Shown here: in pieces, positions 1-13,062 of the stretch
Layout of the letters: every line of letters begins with the position of its first letter
How positions within the stretch are numbered: the stretch's first letter is position 1
NCBI GenBank assembly: GCA_951406725.2
Contig: OX597814.1
Span: 146,134,001 to 146,198,000, forward strand
Direction of reading: 5' to 3'
Length of the DNA: 64,000 nucleotides
From: Octopus vulgaris
Taxonomy: Eukaryota
The notes under the pieces: model-generated
Database searches by the model: none
What the model was told of the DNA's origin: nothing
What the model saw: only the letters and a program-made list of their open reading frames with translations
Translations under genes and position numbers: made by a program

Positions 1-1718
1 AATAGACTAAAGTGGTGCATATAATGAGGTGAGAACTTCCTATTATTTTGAGTTTATGCTGTCATTAGTTTGTTTTTACACTTGTTCTATTATTCCAAAC
101 TTATATTTGAACCAATAGAGAACACATTTACACCGTTGCAACAGAAGTGTATCCTCTGACGCATCAAGCCTTTTTACAGAATATTGACCCTGATAGACTG
201 GAAGATTACTTACGCTTGGAGCGCACATAGTTTGGTGCATCAAGAACTGACCAAGGGTTATACAATAACATTAAGCTCATGTTTATATTAGCTGAATACA
301 CTGCAACATTTGAAAGTACACATCAATCGCCAAGAAAGGCAATCAATTTTACTGTCAAATACTGGCCTATTCTCAATTCTAACATCTTGACGTTGATAGA
401 AACAGTGTAAAGATTTAATTTACATATATTTGCATTTGCCCATCCTACTGCTAAGAGACAAAACCTATGTTTACGTATGATTAAATAGCAATTAAAACTC
501 GGTTTGTCAACGCTTTAGTTTTGAGGAATCTATTCACGCAAACTACGCATTTAGTAAAAGTCTGCTTCCTTAAATATATAGACGAGTTAATTTCAATCTG
601 ATTATTAAATACTTCACTACGCTTCTAATTAATTATTTGTCCGAAATTTCATTCGCTTCCCATCCTATTGATTTTATTTGGTTTAATATTGGATTGATTT
701 TTCGTATGACCAGTACTTTATCTAAATATTCTAGATACATGAAAAGCAATGTTGTTCGTATTGGATTTATTCTCCTTTGAAAAGAACTTAACAGTTAATG
801 TTACTGAATCGATTTTCAGTATATTATTGACAATTAGTCGCTACTGCTGTTTACACACTGTTTAGCTTGATCGAGACCTACGATCAAAGACGTTCAGAAT
901 GTGTCCTTTCCGTACCTTGACACATATGTACTGTATCTAGGATGTCCTCGTCCCACAAACCGTTGCTTTATTTAATCGGGTTATGTTTGACTTGCGAAAG
1001 ATTTATACCCAGTTTCTCGACATCGAGGTTAATCTGTAATAATTACTCTTGGATTCTGTTAACTCGTTTCTCAACGGCAAAAAAAAATGAAAAAAAAAAA
1101 GCAGGGAGATAGAGCTTGGCTTTAATTGAAAACGATTCATGATGTTTTAGAGAAACAAATATGGATGAAAGAATTCTTATCTTCTGAATTTAATGAAACA
1201 CCTGTATATTACCATCTCTATTAGAAAAATATTTTCTTATTAAACGATATTAAATCACTACTCGTCGAAGAACAATATTTACCTTTATGTTTAAATGACG
1301 TTATTCAGCAATGATTGACTTAAATAAATGTACTCAATCAATTACTTGTTTACACATGTGAAAGAGAATTTTTATTTAAATATCACTTCTTGACTTACAA
1401 GATCGAGCATGATAGTGCTCGCTTTAATATCAATATATCTGCATAGCACGCAACGTCCGTTATCACGCTTTTCTTAATTTGTTTAAATCACCGTATTATT
1501 CAGTGTTTATAATTAATACAAAAATGTTATATGGCTTCATATCATTCTTAATGATTTCATTTGTGTTTACTCTATACTTATGCGATGAGGTTGAGTAGAC
1601 TGAAACATGTCAAAGCTGTTACCTTGCAGATCACACTTATTTTTCATTGTATTCCATATTTACGTCTCTGAATTATAATTCCTGAACGTCCTTTCGTGTC
1701 TTCGTCTGACCAAAAATA

Positions 1719-1915
1719 TTTAAATATTTAATATAATATTATTGCAGATGTTTTAGTTGATATATGGTATCATTTAGTTGCACAAAGCAATGTATTCTTT
1801 TTAATAGAAAAATATATGAATTTTATCTAATGTAAGATAAAGGAATAATCTTAATTCATTTACTTATTTGACTTACTACTTCAATTTTGCTACCACTCAC
1901 ACCAAATTTACTGTG

Positions 1916-1991
<76 letters not shown>

Positions 1992-2608
1992 TAATATCAA
2001 AGGGTAATTAGAAATATTTGAACTATCTATTACCAGTTGTCTAGCATGTAAAAATTTAGTTAATAGACTATGTATTATTCATACAAATACAGTGAATATT
2101 TAAACACACAAGAGGCATTCATCATAGGATGCCTTGCATGCTAGAGAGGACAGTTAAATTCCAAACCACTATTAGGGATTTCGAAGGGAATCCCTAATAG
2201 AGGGAATGAAAATTAAAAACATTTACCATCTAAATCCTAGATACTTTTTCTCAGTCCTGCTGAAATATTGGAATTTAACTGTCCTCTCTAGCATGCAAGG
2301 AATCCTATGATGTATGCCTCTTGTGTGTTTAAATGTACACTGTATATATATATAAATTATCACAAAGCACTTCGCTTTTTTCGATATTTTTCACCTCGAC
2401 CATCTATAGAAGCTACGTGATACATATTGAGTAAAAAAAATGCTGAGATCGAGAATAAATATGTTCTATTAAATATTTAAGCAAAAGTTTAAATATTTAA
2501 TATAATATTATTGCAGATGTTTTAGTTGATATATGGTATCATTTAGTTGCACAAAGCAATGTATTCTTTTTAATAGAAAAATATATGAATTTTATCTAAT
2601 GTAAGATA
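1719..2608 (+). repeat. 121-bp direct repeat pair (1719-1839 and 2488-2608)
   Basis: TTTAAATATTTAATATAATATTATTGCAGATG...TTTATCTAATGTAAGATA occurs twice and appears identical. Confidence 0.9.
2087..2345. repeat. Fold-back (MITE-like) element with 78-bp inverted arms and an internal hairpin
   Basis: 2087-2164 pairs with 2268-2345 with a few mismatches. Inner hairpin CTATTAGGGATT...AATCCCTAATAG at 2169-2200. Confidence 0.85.
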
Positions 2609-2669
2609 TAATATAAATATTATATCTCACATTACTTTAAATTTCATAAATAAATATCATAAGTATAGT

Positions 2670-3640
2670 ATATGAGGTGCGATTAATAAGACTGTTGCCA
2701 AATTAATGAAGCTAAAGTACCCAGTGTAAAGCCGTTTAGAACAGTCTGACCTTGATATCTATTGTTCATGCGCACTAAGAGTTAACGTTCTAACTCACGC
2801 TTTTTACAGCAGTGCTTGGAAAGAACGTGTGTTGCGTGTGATCGTATGCATCGACCATGTTAGTAAACGTTGTCATGGTGGTACCTGTTCAGAGTCTTAC
2901 ACAAATTTGCAGATAGTGTATAGAGAGGAGCGTATGAACCGTTCTCTTCTCTCAGATGTTTCCAAGATGACAGGAAAATGTCGATACTAACGAACGTTCT
3001 GGAATACCCGCAACCAGCAGGAATGTGAAAAACGTCGAAAATGTGCGTGCAGCTGCGAGGGGGAATCGTCGAATCTCAATCCGTGAGTTAGCAGAGGATG
3101 CGCAGATTAGTTACAGTTCAGTTTAGTCCATTATCACTGAAGATTTGGGTATGAGACGTGCGTCTGCCAACTTTGTGCCAAAACTGTTTTCAGCTCACAA
3201 AAGAGACACTCGGGTTTCAGTTGCATTCGGGTTTCAGTTCTCCTTGATTATGTGGTGAACGATAAAAACTGTTGCCAAGCTTTACGTAGGCCTCTGAGGA
3301 GGTATCGCCAAGCTTTTGGTAAAATTTGATGCAGATTCTCTGCTCACCGTTCTCTGTTATGTTTAATTCATCGATCATACGCTACACACGTTCATGCCAA
3401 GCACTGCTGCAAACTGCGAAGATGAGCCAGATCTTTACAACTACGTGCACACGCACAACTTTGTTCGAGGTCAATCTCTGGCTTTACTCTCTTTCATTAG
3501 CTTCGTTGCTATGGGAGCAGTTATGGTACCTATAATCAGAGCACGCAGATTAACTAGAACACTTGGAAGTTTTCTGTACACTCAGCTGCTCCACGTAAAT
3601 ACAGTGTGCACGGCGATTGCTTTATTGGGCGTATAATTGG
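2670..3640 (+). mobile_element. Degraded mariner (Tc1/mariner) DNA transposon, internally deleted
   Basis: 2989-3196 translates NERSGIPATSRNVKNVENVR...NRRISIRELAEDAQISYSSV*SIITEDLGMRRASANFVPKL, the mariner HTH region plus a WVPHEL-like motif. TIR-like start TATGAGGTGCGATTAATAAG at ~2671. Right end uncertain. Confidence 0.8.
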
Positions 3641-4647
3641 TACATATGTACCACTGTTATATTTGTTGTAGGATGTCTAGAATGCTGAACTGATTACTTG
3701 CGATTTTAACATGAACTCGTTGAGGTTTGCAAAATGATTGCGGAAGATTCACAGATGTTTTTATCATCCACCTAATACACTTTGCAAGCAGTGCATGATA
3801 AACTATAAAGTTTCGTCTCAGTTGCTCATGCAGATATGCACCATCCTCGGTCTTCTTACCTTTCGCCCAGCGGAAAAACGAACATGTGATATCTAGAGGA
3901 AGAGAGGGATTCGTCAGCACAAGGCTGGCATTTATTTCCAGCTTAAAAGAATGTACCATCGTGAAATAATGTACCTTGATCAATGGCACAAATTACAACT
4001 GTATCCTGAAATAAAGCTGAAGTTGTTTCTCTTAATAGCGCAATTACTCTAACAACTAGACTATGAAACACAGAGAGAGATATTCTGAAGCAATAAAGAG
4101 AAGAGAACTGTTATTTTGGGTTCTCCAATTTTATCGTGAATAATTGCCAATAGCTCCTTACGTGGATAACAAAAATAAGAACGGTCACCTTCATCTTAGA
4201 TCGAACTTCAGTTATCAGATAATTAGCATTCAAATATTCATGAGTGTATTCTTTTCTATTTCAACAAAACACTGGAGGCGTAAGTACGTTAGATAAGCTC
4301 ATCGACTTGCATGATATGTGGTTTAAACAGGAAAGCACATACGGACACGCAGAAGCAACAAATCCACAACGACTGGTTGCGGTGGCAACCAAAAAAAGTA
4401 TGAAGAAATTTCTGTAGACAAAATTTAACTCGAAATAAATGTGTGGATACTATTCAAATTGACCTTGTGGTGGACTTTCAATATCCCACCAGAGTCATTA
4501 TCAGCACTCTGCTATCTTTCTTATATAAGTTTTCCATATATAACTACTCGGCTCTAATTTATTACGAAAGATGAAAGACCCATCAATTTCCATTTCCTGT
4601 CACACTACAATCCACTTTTTATTAATTTTAAAAAGAATAATGAACAT

Positions 4648-4744
4648 AGGCGCAGGAGTGACTGTGTAGTAAGTAGCTTGCTAACCAACCACATGGAACC
4701 TTGTGAGTAGATTTGGTAGAAGGAATCTGAAAATAACCCGTCGC

Positions 4745-4784
<40 letters not shown>

Positions 4785-4990
4785 ATGTGTGTGTGTTTGT
4801 CTCCTACCATTGTTTGACAACCGTTGTTGGTGTGTTTACGTCCCCGCAACATAGCATTTCGGCAAAAGAAACCGATAGAATAAGAACTAGACCTACAAAA
4901 ATAAGTCCTGCAGTCGATTTCTTCGACTAAAGGCGGTGCTCCAGCATCGCCGCAGTCAAATGACTAAAACTACTAAACTAACATAAAAAA
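4648..4990 (+). mobile_element. tRNA-derived SINE, family A (internally deleted)
   Basis: GGCGCAGGAGTG..GTAAGTAGCTTGC head, internal (TA)(TG) tract, ...GGTGCTCCAGCAT..CAGTCAAATGACT tail. Four copies in the window. Confidence 0.85.
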
Positions 4991-7900
4991 ATAAAAAGTG
5001 CATTTCAATAAGGCAAGATTACAATTATAACAGATAACTATACAAATATGCATTAGTCAGTAAAATGGAAAATACGAAGCAATATTTGGACAATAAATAT
5101 TTGGACACGTCAACTAATAATATATATTGCAGGTTATATATAGACAAACATTCCCGTGAGAACAATGAGAAAATGTTGAATACATGTGTTTTGATCTTAC
5201 ATCAATTAAATATAGATCGAAGAGTGATTTTATAGGTCTTGAGTTTTAATCTACAGCTAATCTACAGCTATCGTACACGACTCTTTCAGTAATTCAATTA
5301 CCATATTTAGACAAAATTAATATTAGCGCTTCTAAGATATTTCTACTTTCTATTTCCTACTACTGGAACATAATCAATCGTGTATTTTCCTACCATATTT
5401 CATCTACAAAGCTCAGTGTAATTCGGTTTATTATCAGTATCTTTATGTTCACTTAAATGTAGATAACTGAAACGGGATATTATTTAATATAACACATGTG
5501 ATAGCGACAAGAAATTTAATTATTGTTTTCAGGCCAAATGCAATTAATATTTTTCAGTCAAAGGTCACTATTAGAAATACGCTCTTCTCTTTTGTCTCTC
5601 AAACCCTTCATCTATGTCGAAAAATCTTCAACAAACAGATATTCGACGTCTGCATGATTGTCAATGTTTTACGAACCTGTGTTTTGGCAATCAAATGAAC
5701 TATGTTCCACTCAGCTAATATTTGAAGTAATTCGAATGTTTCTTCTGATGCATCATTTGCTACCACTGCTAATGCAAAATCCATCCCAGTGATTATGCAG
5801 AGCACTGCATGAATCCCTTTCCGAGCAGTATATGAGACAAATTTAGAGTTTTTGTTATTATTTATCAAGTAAACGGAGGGAGGTAATGGAGGATTTAGTT
5901 CTTTATATTCTAAATGATATTTGCTCATAAGATATCAGAAGTAAACTAACTTGCATCAATCATATTTCAAGTCCTGAGCTAGAATAAAAGATTCTGGTAT
6001 TGCAGAGACTCTGAGAAGACAGGGAAGCGAATGACGGTAACAAAGAATAAATTGAGTGGAAATATATGAGAGAAATTTGTCGCAGTTAATCTACTGAAAA
6101 ACCTATTTACTTAATCTCATTGATTCATCGTTGTGACTATTAATAGCTTGACTAGTCAAATTGAGCCCACTAGAAGAAAAGCGAATGAGACAAAAATAAG
6201 TAAAAACAATATTAGAATGTATATTCAAAGATAATTCCACAACTAATTAAAGCTCTGCGTGATAGGTATTTTCTACACAATCACTATACATGATAATATA
6301 GCAGACGGTTACCCAGCATGTCCACATCACGCCCAGCCGTACGAAAAGTACAGAATGCTGGACAATGGTTTAAAAAATGTAAGCATGTCCATAGATCAGT
6401 TTACACTGTCCTGACATATAAACAGATATCAACAACACAAACAACTAAAAGAACTATTAAAGACAAACTGCGATTTTAATATATTTCACTTCAGTTATAA
6501 TTCAAATATTTACTGGATTCTGTCAGTAGGATGTTTCACGAATCCAGTTATCGGTGGCGTCCTTTGCAAAACACGCGTAGCTTCTTTTTGCAAGAAAGGG
6601 TAAACTGTTTTAGTGGATATAGCGTTGAGTGAACTCGTTACGAATGATTTAAGAAATAAGTATATCTTTGTAAACGAGCCTGCATCAAACTCTTTAGATT
6701 CTGGTTTATGTGAAAATTGAAAGTAAATATGAAAATTCTGTCACAATATTAATTAACCAAAAGTTGGGTGAGACTAGCGAATCTGCGGAAACTTCACAGA
6801 AGACTGTAACTGTTTTCAACCGCGAGATTACAGTCATGAGAGTGCAACTGTTGGGTTGCAAAAATATTCTGAATACAGACATGCACTGATTGTTTTTAAG
6901 TACTGTTTTGAAGCCGTTCTGATTGCCTCGTTAGTTTATTTGGCATTCAAATTTTGAACCTGTTTCTCATAGTCACCTTTTAATCCAGCCGTCGATATTC
7001 CTTATGTGCATATGTGTTTCTTTGAGATATATTTTGAATTATATTAGAGACCCTTGTGGCTGATAAAGAAATTATACATGGTTGTTACAAAACTCGGCTT
7101 TGACTCCTTCGTGATCTATGGAGACAAGAAATTTTGCGTAGACAGTACTGCCTAATATTCATCGAACCGCTTTACATCTATGGTAAATCAGTTTCAGCAA
7201 TACGACTTCCATTTCTGCTGTGTAAAGATAAGATGTATTAATAGGCCTTCTTTATATCACAGATTTAATATTCTACAGTGAGACAAATAACCAGTCAGAA
7301 AGTAATATCTACGTGCTTATAAATATATAGGAATCTATATTCATACCCCTCCACACGAATATACACACAACCACACGCATATACAAACATATATGTACAC
7401 ATGTATGTATGTATATATGTATGTATATATACCCTCGGAATACCACTGTTTATATTTACCGAGTGTATATATATATATATATATATTTGCACATATATAT
7501 GTGTATGTGCTTATAATTATACATATATAGATATACATTTATAACATTACGTAAGTCTAGGTTGTGTATTTGAATATGGTATGTAAATAAGTGAGCATAC
7601 AGAGAAATTTCCTTCATACCCATACTCACACATGTATATATGGGTGGGTGTATGTGTATGTGTTTGTATGCGGGTGTGTGTGTGTGTGTGTGCTTGTGTT
7701 TATAATAACTAAATATACATTATATATTTGTGATTGCGGGCATGTGTAAATAAGTGATGAGTAAATCTTAATATTTGTATATGCGGTAAATTTATCGCGC
7801 ATTCATCATGACAGCACAGCCTATGAATATTTCTATGTATATTCAACTGAAATACATAAAATATATCTCTCAGACTTCATTGGTATTTTGTGTATATAAA

Positions 7901-10900
7901 TATTTTAGTAACTAAGTTTTTTACGTCAATAACAACAACTATATGAATATACATATTTTATCCTGAAAATGTATTATTAGGTATTCGTAGGCATTTTAGT
8001 TGCGCAAACAACTGAATTTATTTATACAAATGCTGCTAACTGATAAACTTATCCAACATAGAAAAAGAAATATACGTAAATATTGATTTCAATACTAAGT
8101 GTATGCTACAAGTTTCTCTGACATTGGAGCTGTTTGTGTCGGGCAACGAATATTAAGAAATAACGGGAAATTTCTTATGATGAATATGGATACCAGCAGT
8201 ACGTACTTCCTACCCAGTATATGAGGCATCATCCATCCGGAAATCTCCGGAATAATATTGTTGTTTTTCTTTCATTTATTTAGGAAAATGTTGCTATATG
8301 TTTGGCATCGAGGAGGTTATATTCCTATATATTTACCCTAGTGATTACCTATACATAACAAGCATGAATATATATTATTAAAAACCAAAATTTCCTCTCA
8401 AATTCACGAATCACTCGGACTATACCCCATTCAACAAAGCCGTATTTATAGCATACGTTTATTGATTTCTTACTGAAAAATATCACTAAATGTTGTGGGA
8501 ATAGATGGAATGATTTAATCGACTCCAGTGCATTGCGAATTTGTAAAGAAAAGTGGACGTGACAAATATATTTCTAATTTTTCCCAGAAGAATTAAAAGC
8601 AATTGTGATTCTTATACATTGAAATTCAGAGCATACACAGAATATATTCATTACTATCAAACATTTTGTCTGACTGTCTACCATTTATGTTGCTCGAAAA
8701 CTTGGAATCAATTAATGTTGGTAGAAATACTCAAGAATTTAATGAAAAGCGAATATAAGGAAGGGTGCGTGAATTAGGTTAAAAACCATGCGTTCCACGA
8801 AACTATAATAATTCATTGCAATTTGAAATATCTATGCTGGTTAATGCAACCAACATCCCTAATGCGTATGAATACTCATACATATATGTGTATGCAAGCG
8901 TGTGTATGTATATCTGTAGGAATGTATATGTGTGTACGTGTGTATGCGTGTGTGTGTGTATGCGCGTGCGTGCGTTTGTGTCTATGTGTGTCCGTATTAT
9001 TTACTCTTCCAAATTGCACCTCTTTCCCTGGCAATTGTTCAAAAACGTCTATGAATAATCTTTGACCACTTTCACTTACGTGTTTCTCCCAATTCATCTT
9101 TTGCTTCTGTCGCTCTTCAAATGTGTACAGCTACCGATAACTCTTTTATTGTTTGTAGAGTTGCATCGAAATCATGTATGTCACTCACGCCAGTCGGAAT
9201 CCATCGTCCTCACTAGCTTCAGTATTTAGAAATCTCTTCCCCGTTGATCTCTCTTCAGCCCGACTTTACCCAAGAATATGTCAAAAGAGTTTAAATACTG
9301 AAACATCTGTTGCATATATTACTAATATAAACTCTGATACTGTAAGCAACTAATGCATACATCAATACTAAAGCTATCCTTTAGTAAACTGAAATTGCCT
9401 CAGCAGCTCTTATACCGTACGTCTTCTGTGTATGATTGGCTACCAAACAGACATTTCATAGTGTCAAAATTATATAAAGCTGTGAGAAACAATTAAATCC
9501 ACTAGTATCCCTGAGTTCCACCGCACATTCACCTCACGAGTGAAATGGCGATGTTTACCCTGAGTATAATACTTCACATATATCACAGAAATAAAAACCA
9601 GAACACCGAATTTACAAAGTGGCTCAGGTTGTAACATTACGTGATCATGTACACGACATGTGGAATAAATTACCGTCTTTTTCAACTGAGTAGCTTTAAG
9701 TAACAATACATTGTACGAGTTGCATAAAGTGAAAGTAATGCTTTTGTGTTGGGAAGTGATGACGACAGTTTCTCGGTTTCTGATTAGGCGCCATTATATT
9801 GAAATTCCCCAAAGATTATCTCTGAAAAACCTCGCAACAAATATCATGTCCTAGCCAGTTGCATGTACTTCATACACGTTACTGCTAATTCACTTGAGAT
9901 GTAATAATCGGTGAAGAACGGACCATTAGCAAAGTTTTTGAACATTGGTTTTGAATGCACAGTACTTTGAGATCTTTTTATATTCTTGAATTAGTAAATG
10001 TACAAAATTTAGTTAATAATTCAGCGAAATACCAAGCGGAAATAAGCAGTCAAAGTTTGAAGCAGTATCATTAGTAATATATACTGGCGACAGATCTCAG
10101 CGGTTTTGCATCCTCTGAAACCTGATCGTGTAAAAGGATTTCCTACAAGAAATTTGGCTAGAAATCAGGTTTAGTGTAACCCGTTGTTATGAACTTTATA
10201 CGTTGGCATCATAAACGATATTACTGAGACAAGAGTATCGCCACACCTGGTCATATCATCCAGGAAGCATCTAAACTATTTGCTACCACTTTCAACATCT
10301 AAGCATAGAGACAATATTACAGAAAATTCCTCGGTTAGAAGATGCTGGGGAATAAATTACAAATTGTTATGAATGGATGAATATAATGATTCGGCAATTT
10401 TCAGCTACCGAATGAGTTTACTGAATATAATCCCAGTATAATGACAATTTTTCAAATTTCTTGTTTGCAGAAGATTGTATTAATCTAATTCTTTAGTGAA
10501 ACGCACTAGGAATATGACAAGGGTTTCTATTCAGTAAAATGTATCATGGTAGAGAAACCTTATGCATTTTCTACGTGGATTAGTGTAACTTTTACATTTC
10601 AAAGAAACTTTCTTCAGGAAGTTTCTATAGTTGCAAAGAGGATCACAGCAATTTCTTGATTATCAGATTATATTTTCTCATATTCAAATATTGCACGGGT
10701 AGCTATTCACTTATTGAAGAGAAAAATACACATTGCATTTCTCTTAGGCAACAATAGACATCATAATATAGCAAATATATTAAAAAATATATTTATAATG
10801 AGTGAATTAAAAACTCCATTTAAAAATAATGTAATCGATTCAGAACGAACTCCATTCAACAAAGGCAGGTTTTGTAATCCATGTTTTCTTCTTCTAACTC

Positions 10901-11124
10901 ACGTCCCACTATAGTTTTCTTCTTCTACTCTTTCCGCTGCTTTCATTAAAACTTTTCTAGCTCAGTCAATCCAGTCAATACAACTGCCCATGGATTCCAG
11001 TTTACCGACGTCTCTGCCCTCTGTTATTGGTCTGCTATCAAGTGGTTCGAAATGGCCGGTTCTCATTCCAGCAAATGTTAGTAAACTAGGTATACACAGG
11101 AGGTATACGTATAAACTAGGTATA

Positions 11125-11540
11125 CGTAGGAGTGGCTGTGTGGCAAGTAGCTTGCTCACGAACCACATGGTTCCAGGTTCAGTCCCACAGCGTGGCACCT
11201 TGAGCAAGTGTTTTCTGCTATAGACTCGAACCGACCAAAATCTTGTGAGTGGATTTGGTAGATGGAAACTAAAAGAAGCCCGTCGCTTATATGTATATAT
11301 ATATATGTGTGTATGTGTGTGTGTTTCTGTGTCTGTGTTTGTCCCCCCAACATCGCTTGACAACCGATGGTGGTGTGTTTACGTCCCCGTAACTTAGCGG
11401 TTCGGCAAAAGAGACCGATAAAATAAGTACTAGGCTTACAAAGAATAAGTCCTGGGGTCGCTTTGCTCGACTAAAGGTGGTGCTCCAGCATGGCCTCAGT
11501 CAAATGACTGAAAGAAGTAAAAAAGTAAAAAAGTAAAGAG
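11125..11540 (+). mobile_element. tRNA-derived SINE, family A (near full length)
   Basis: A-box-like TGGCTGTGTGG and B-box-like GGTTCAGTCCC; same body as the 4648 copy. Confidence 0.9.
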
Positions 11541-12266
11541 TATAAATTTAAACAGATTGGGGTACATACAAAACCATATTTTGGACAAAATATATTCACT
11601 CCATTGAAGGAATTTTTCTGAAGTATGTGAACCAACATATATACGAGAACATCTTTGCCCGAAATTAACTTTTTCTTCACCTAGTAATAAAATAGTGGAT
11701 GTGCTGTGTCTTAAAGATTTTAGGCAGTTATATGAGTCACTTGTGTATTATGTACAATAGTGCCACTCTTACATCACTCTCTTCTGAAATTTTAGTCGGA
11801 AGAATTGACATGTTTTGATTTGTCTTCTCGCTGGCGCTTTCCTAAACATTATCTAGAATCATTAGTACCGAAATACAACACTAATGATTCTAGATACAAT
11901 ATTTGCCAACAAAATGGGTTTATCTGGATTGTCCTTTCCGTTAATTGTTCTACACATATTTCCCTCTTATGTTGATACATTCCCAAAACACATACGCGCA
12001 CACAGATATGTGCATACAACCACATGCACGCGTTCCACACACATACACAAATGACTATACACACATACACAAATGTCTATACGGATTTTTGCGAACTTCC
12101 CCATGCATATACAGTAATAAATGAAGTTCGAAAGTATAATACAATTTGGTAGCCAAATTGCATGTGTATATATGTGTATATATATATGTGTGTGTGTGTG
12201 TATGTATAAATATATATTCATTTATATATGTACGTATGAATATGCATATATATATACATACACATA

Positions 12267-12321
<55 letters not shown>

Positions 12322-12567
12322 GGGAGTTTTGTAAACTACCCTTTTCTAAACCTCACTTGCAACGCTTTGGGCTCGAGTGGTAATCGTAAATTATTGTTCA
12401 CCAATCATGCAATATCACTATCAAACCTAATCCACGCGATCGTGAAGGGAATTTTTTGACAAGAGATTCATGCATGGCCTTCATTCTTCTACATTCTCTC
12501 CTTTTACTTCTATCTCTCTCTATTCTACTAGATATAGATGAGTGTATATGTGTGCGTGTGAGTGTGC

Positions 12568-12632
<65 letters not shown>

Positions 12633-12809
12633 CATTGTATATTTGTGTGTACATGTTATATCACTTTATACATTATTTATCAGTGAAATGAAATAGTATA
12701 CAGATTTACTGGGGAAACGTGTGAAATGGCTAATGAAGATATGGGTTTATGTAAGTTAGAGTATATTTATCTAGATTTTAGATTATATGAAACCATTAGC
12801 AAAGATCCG

Positions 12810-13062
12810 TATCTTAATGGTTGGTATAATCGGCTCAGGATCGTTAGGCCTTGTGTTCGATTCCTGGGGGCGCGTTAGGTCCTTGAGCAATATACTTTAT
12901 TTCATGTTGCTGCAGTCCACTCAGCATTCTTTGTCACATTCAATCTCCCTAAGAACTACGTTAAGTATCCGTGTGTCTGTGGAGTGCGCAGTCATTAGCA
13001 CACTAATTTCACGAGTAGCCTGATTCTGGAACCCTCATCATCGCAACCGATGGAGTACCAGT
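12810..13062 (+). mobile_element. Older SINE, head C + body X
   Basis: CTTGAGCAA..CTTTATTTCA.GTTGCT.CAGTCCACTCAGC..GAACTACGTTAAG..GCAACCGATGGAGT. Confidence 0.7.

Noticed and set aside
3657-7240. ORFs 3657-3989 and 5608-5928 and the coding-like stretch 6480-7240
   Set aside because: No recognisable domain or splice pattern. Possibly old DNA-transposon debris, but a database search is needed.
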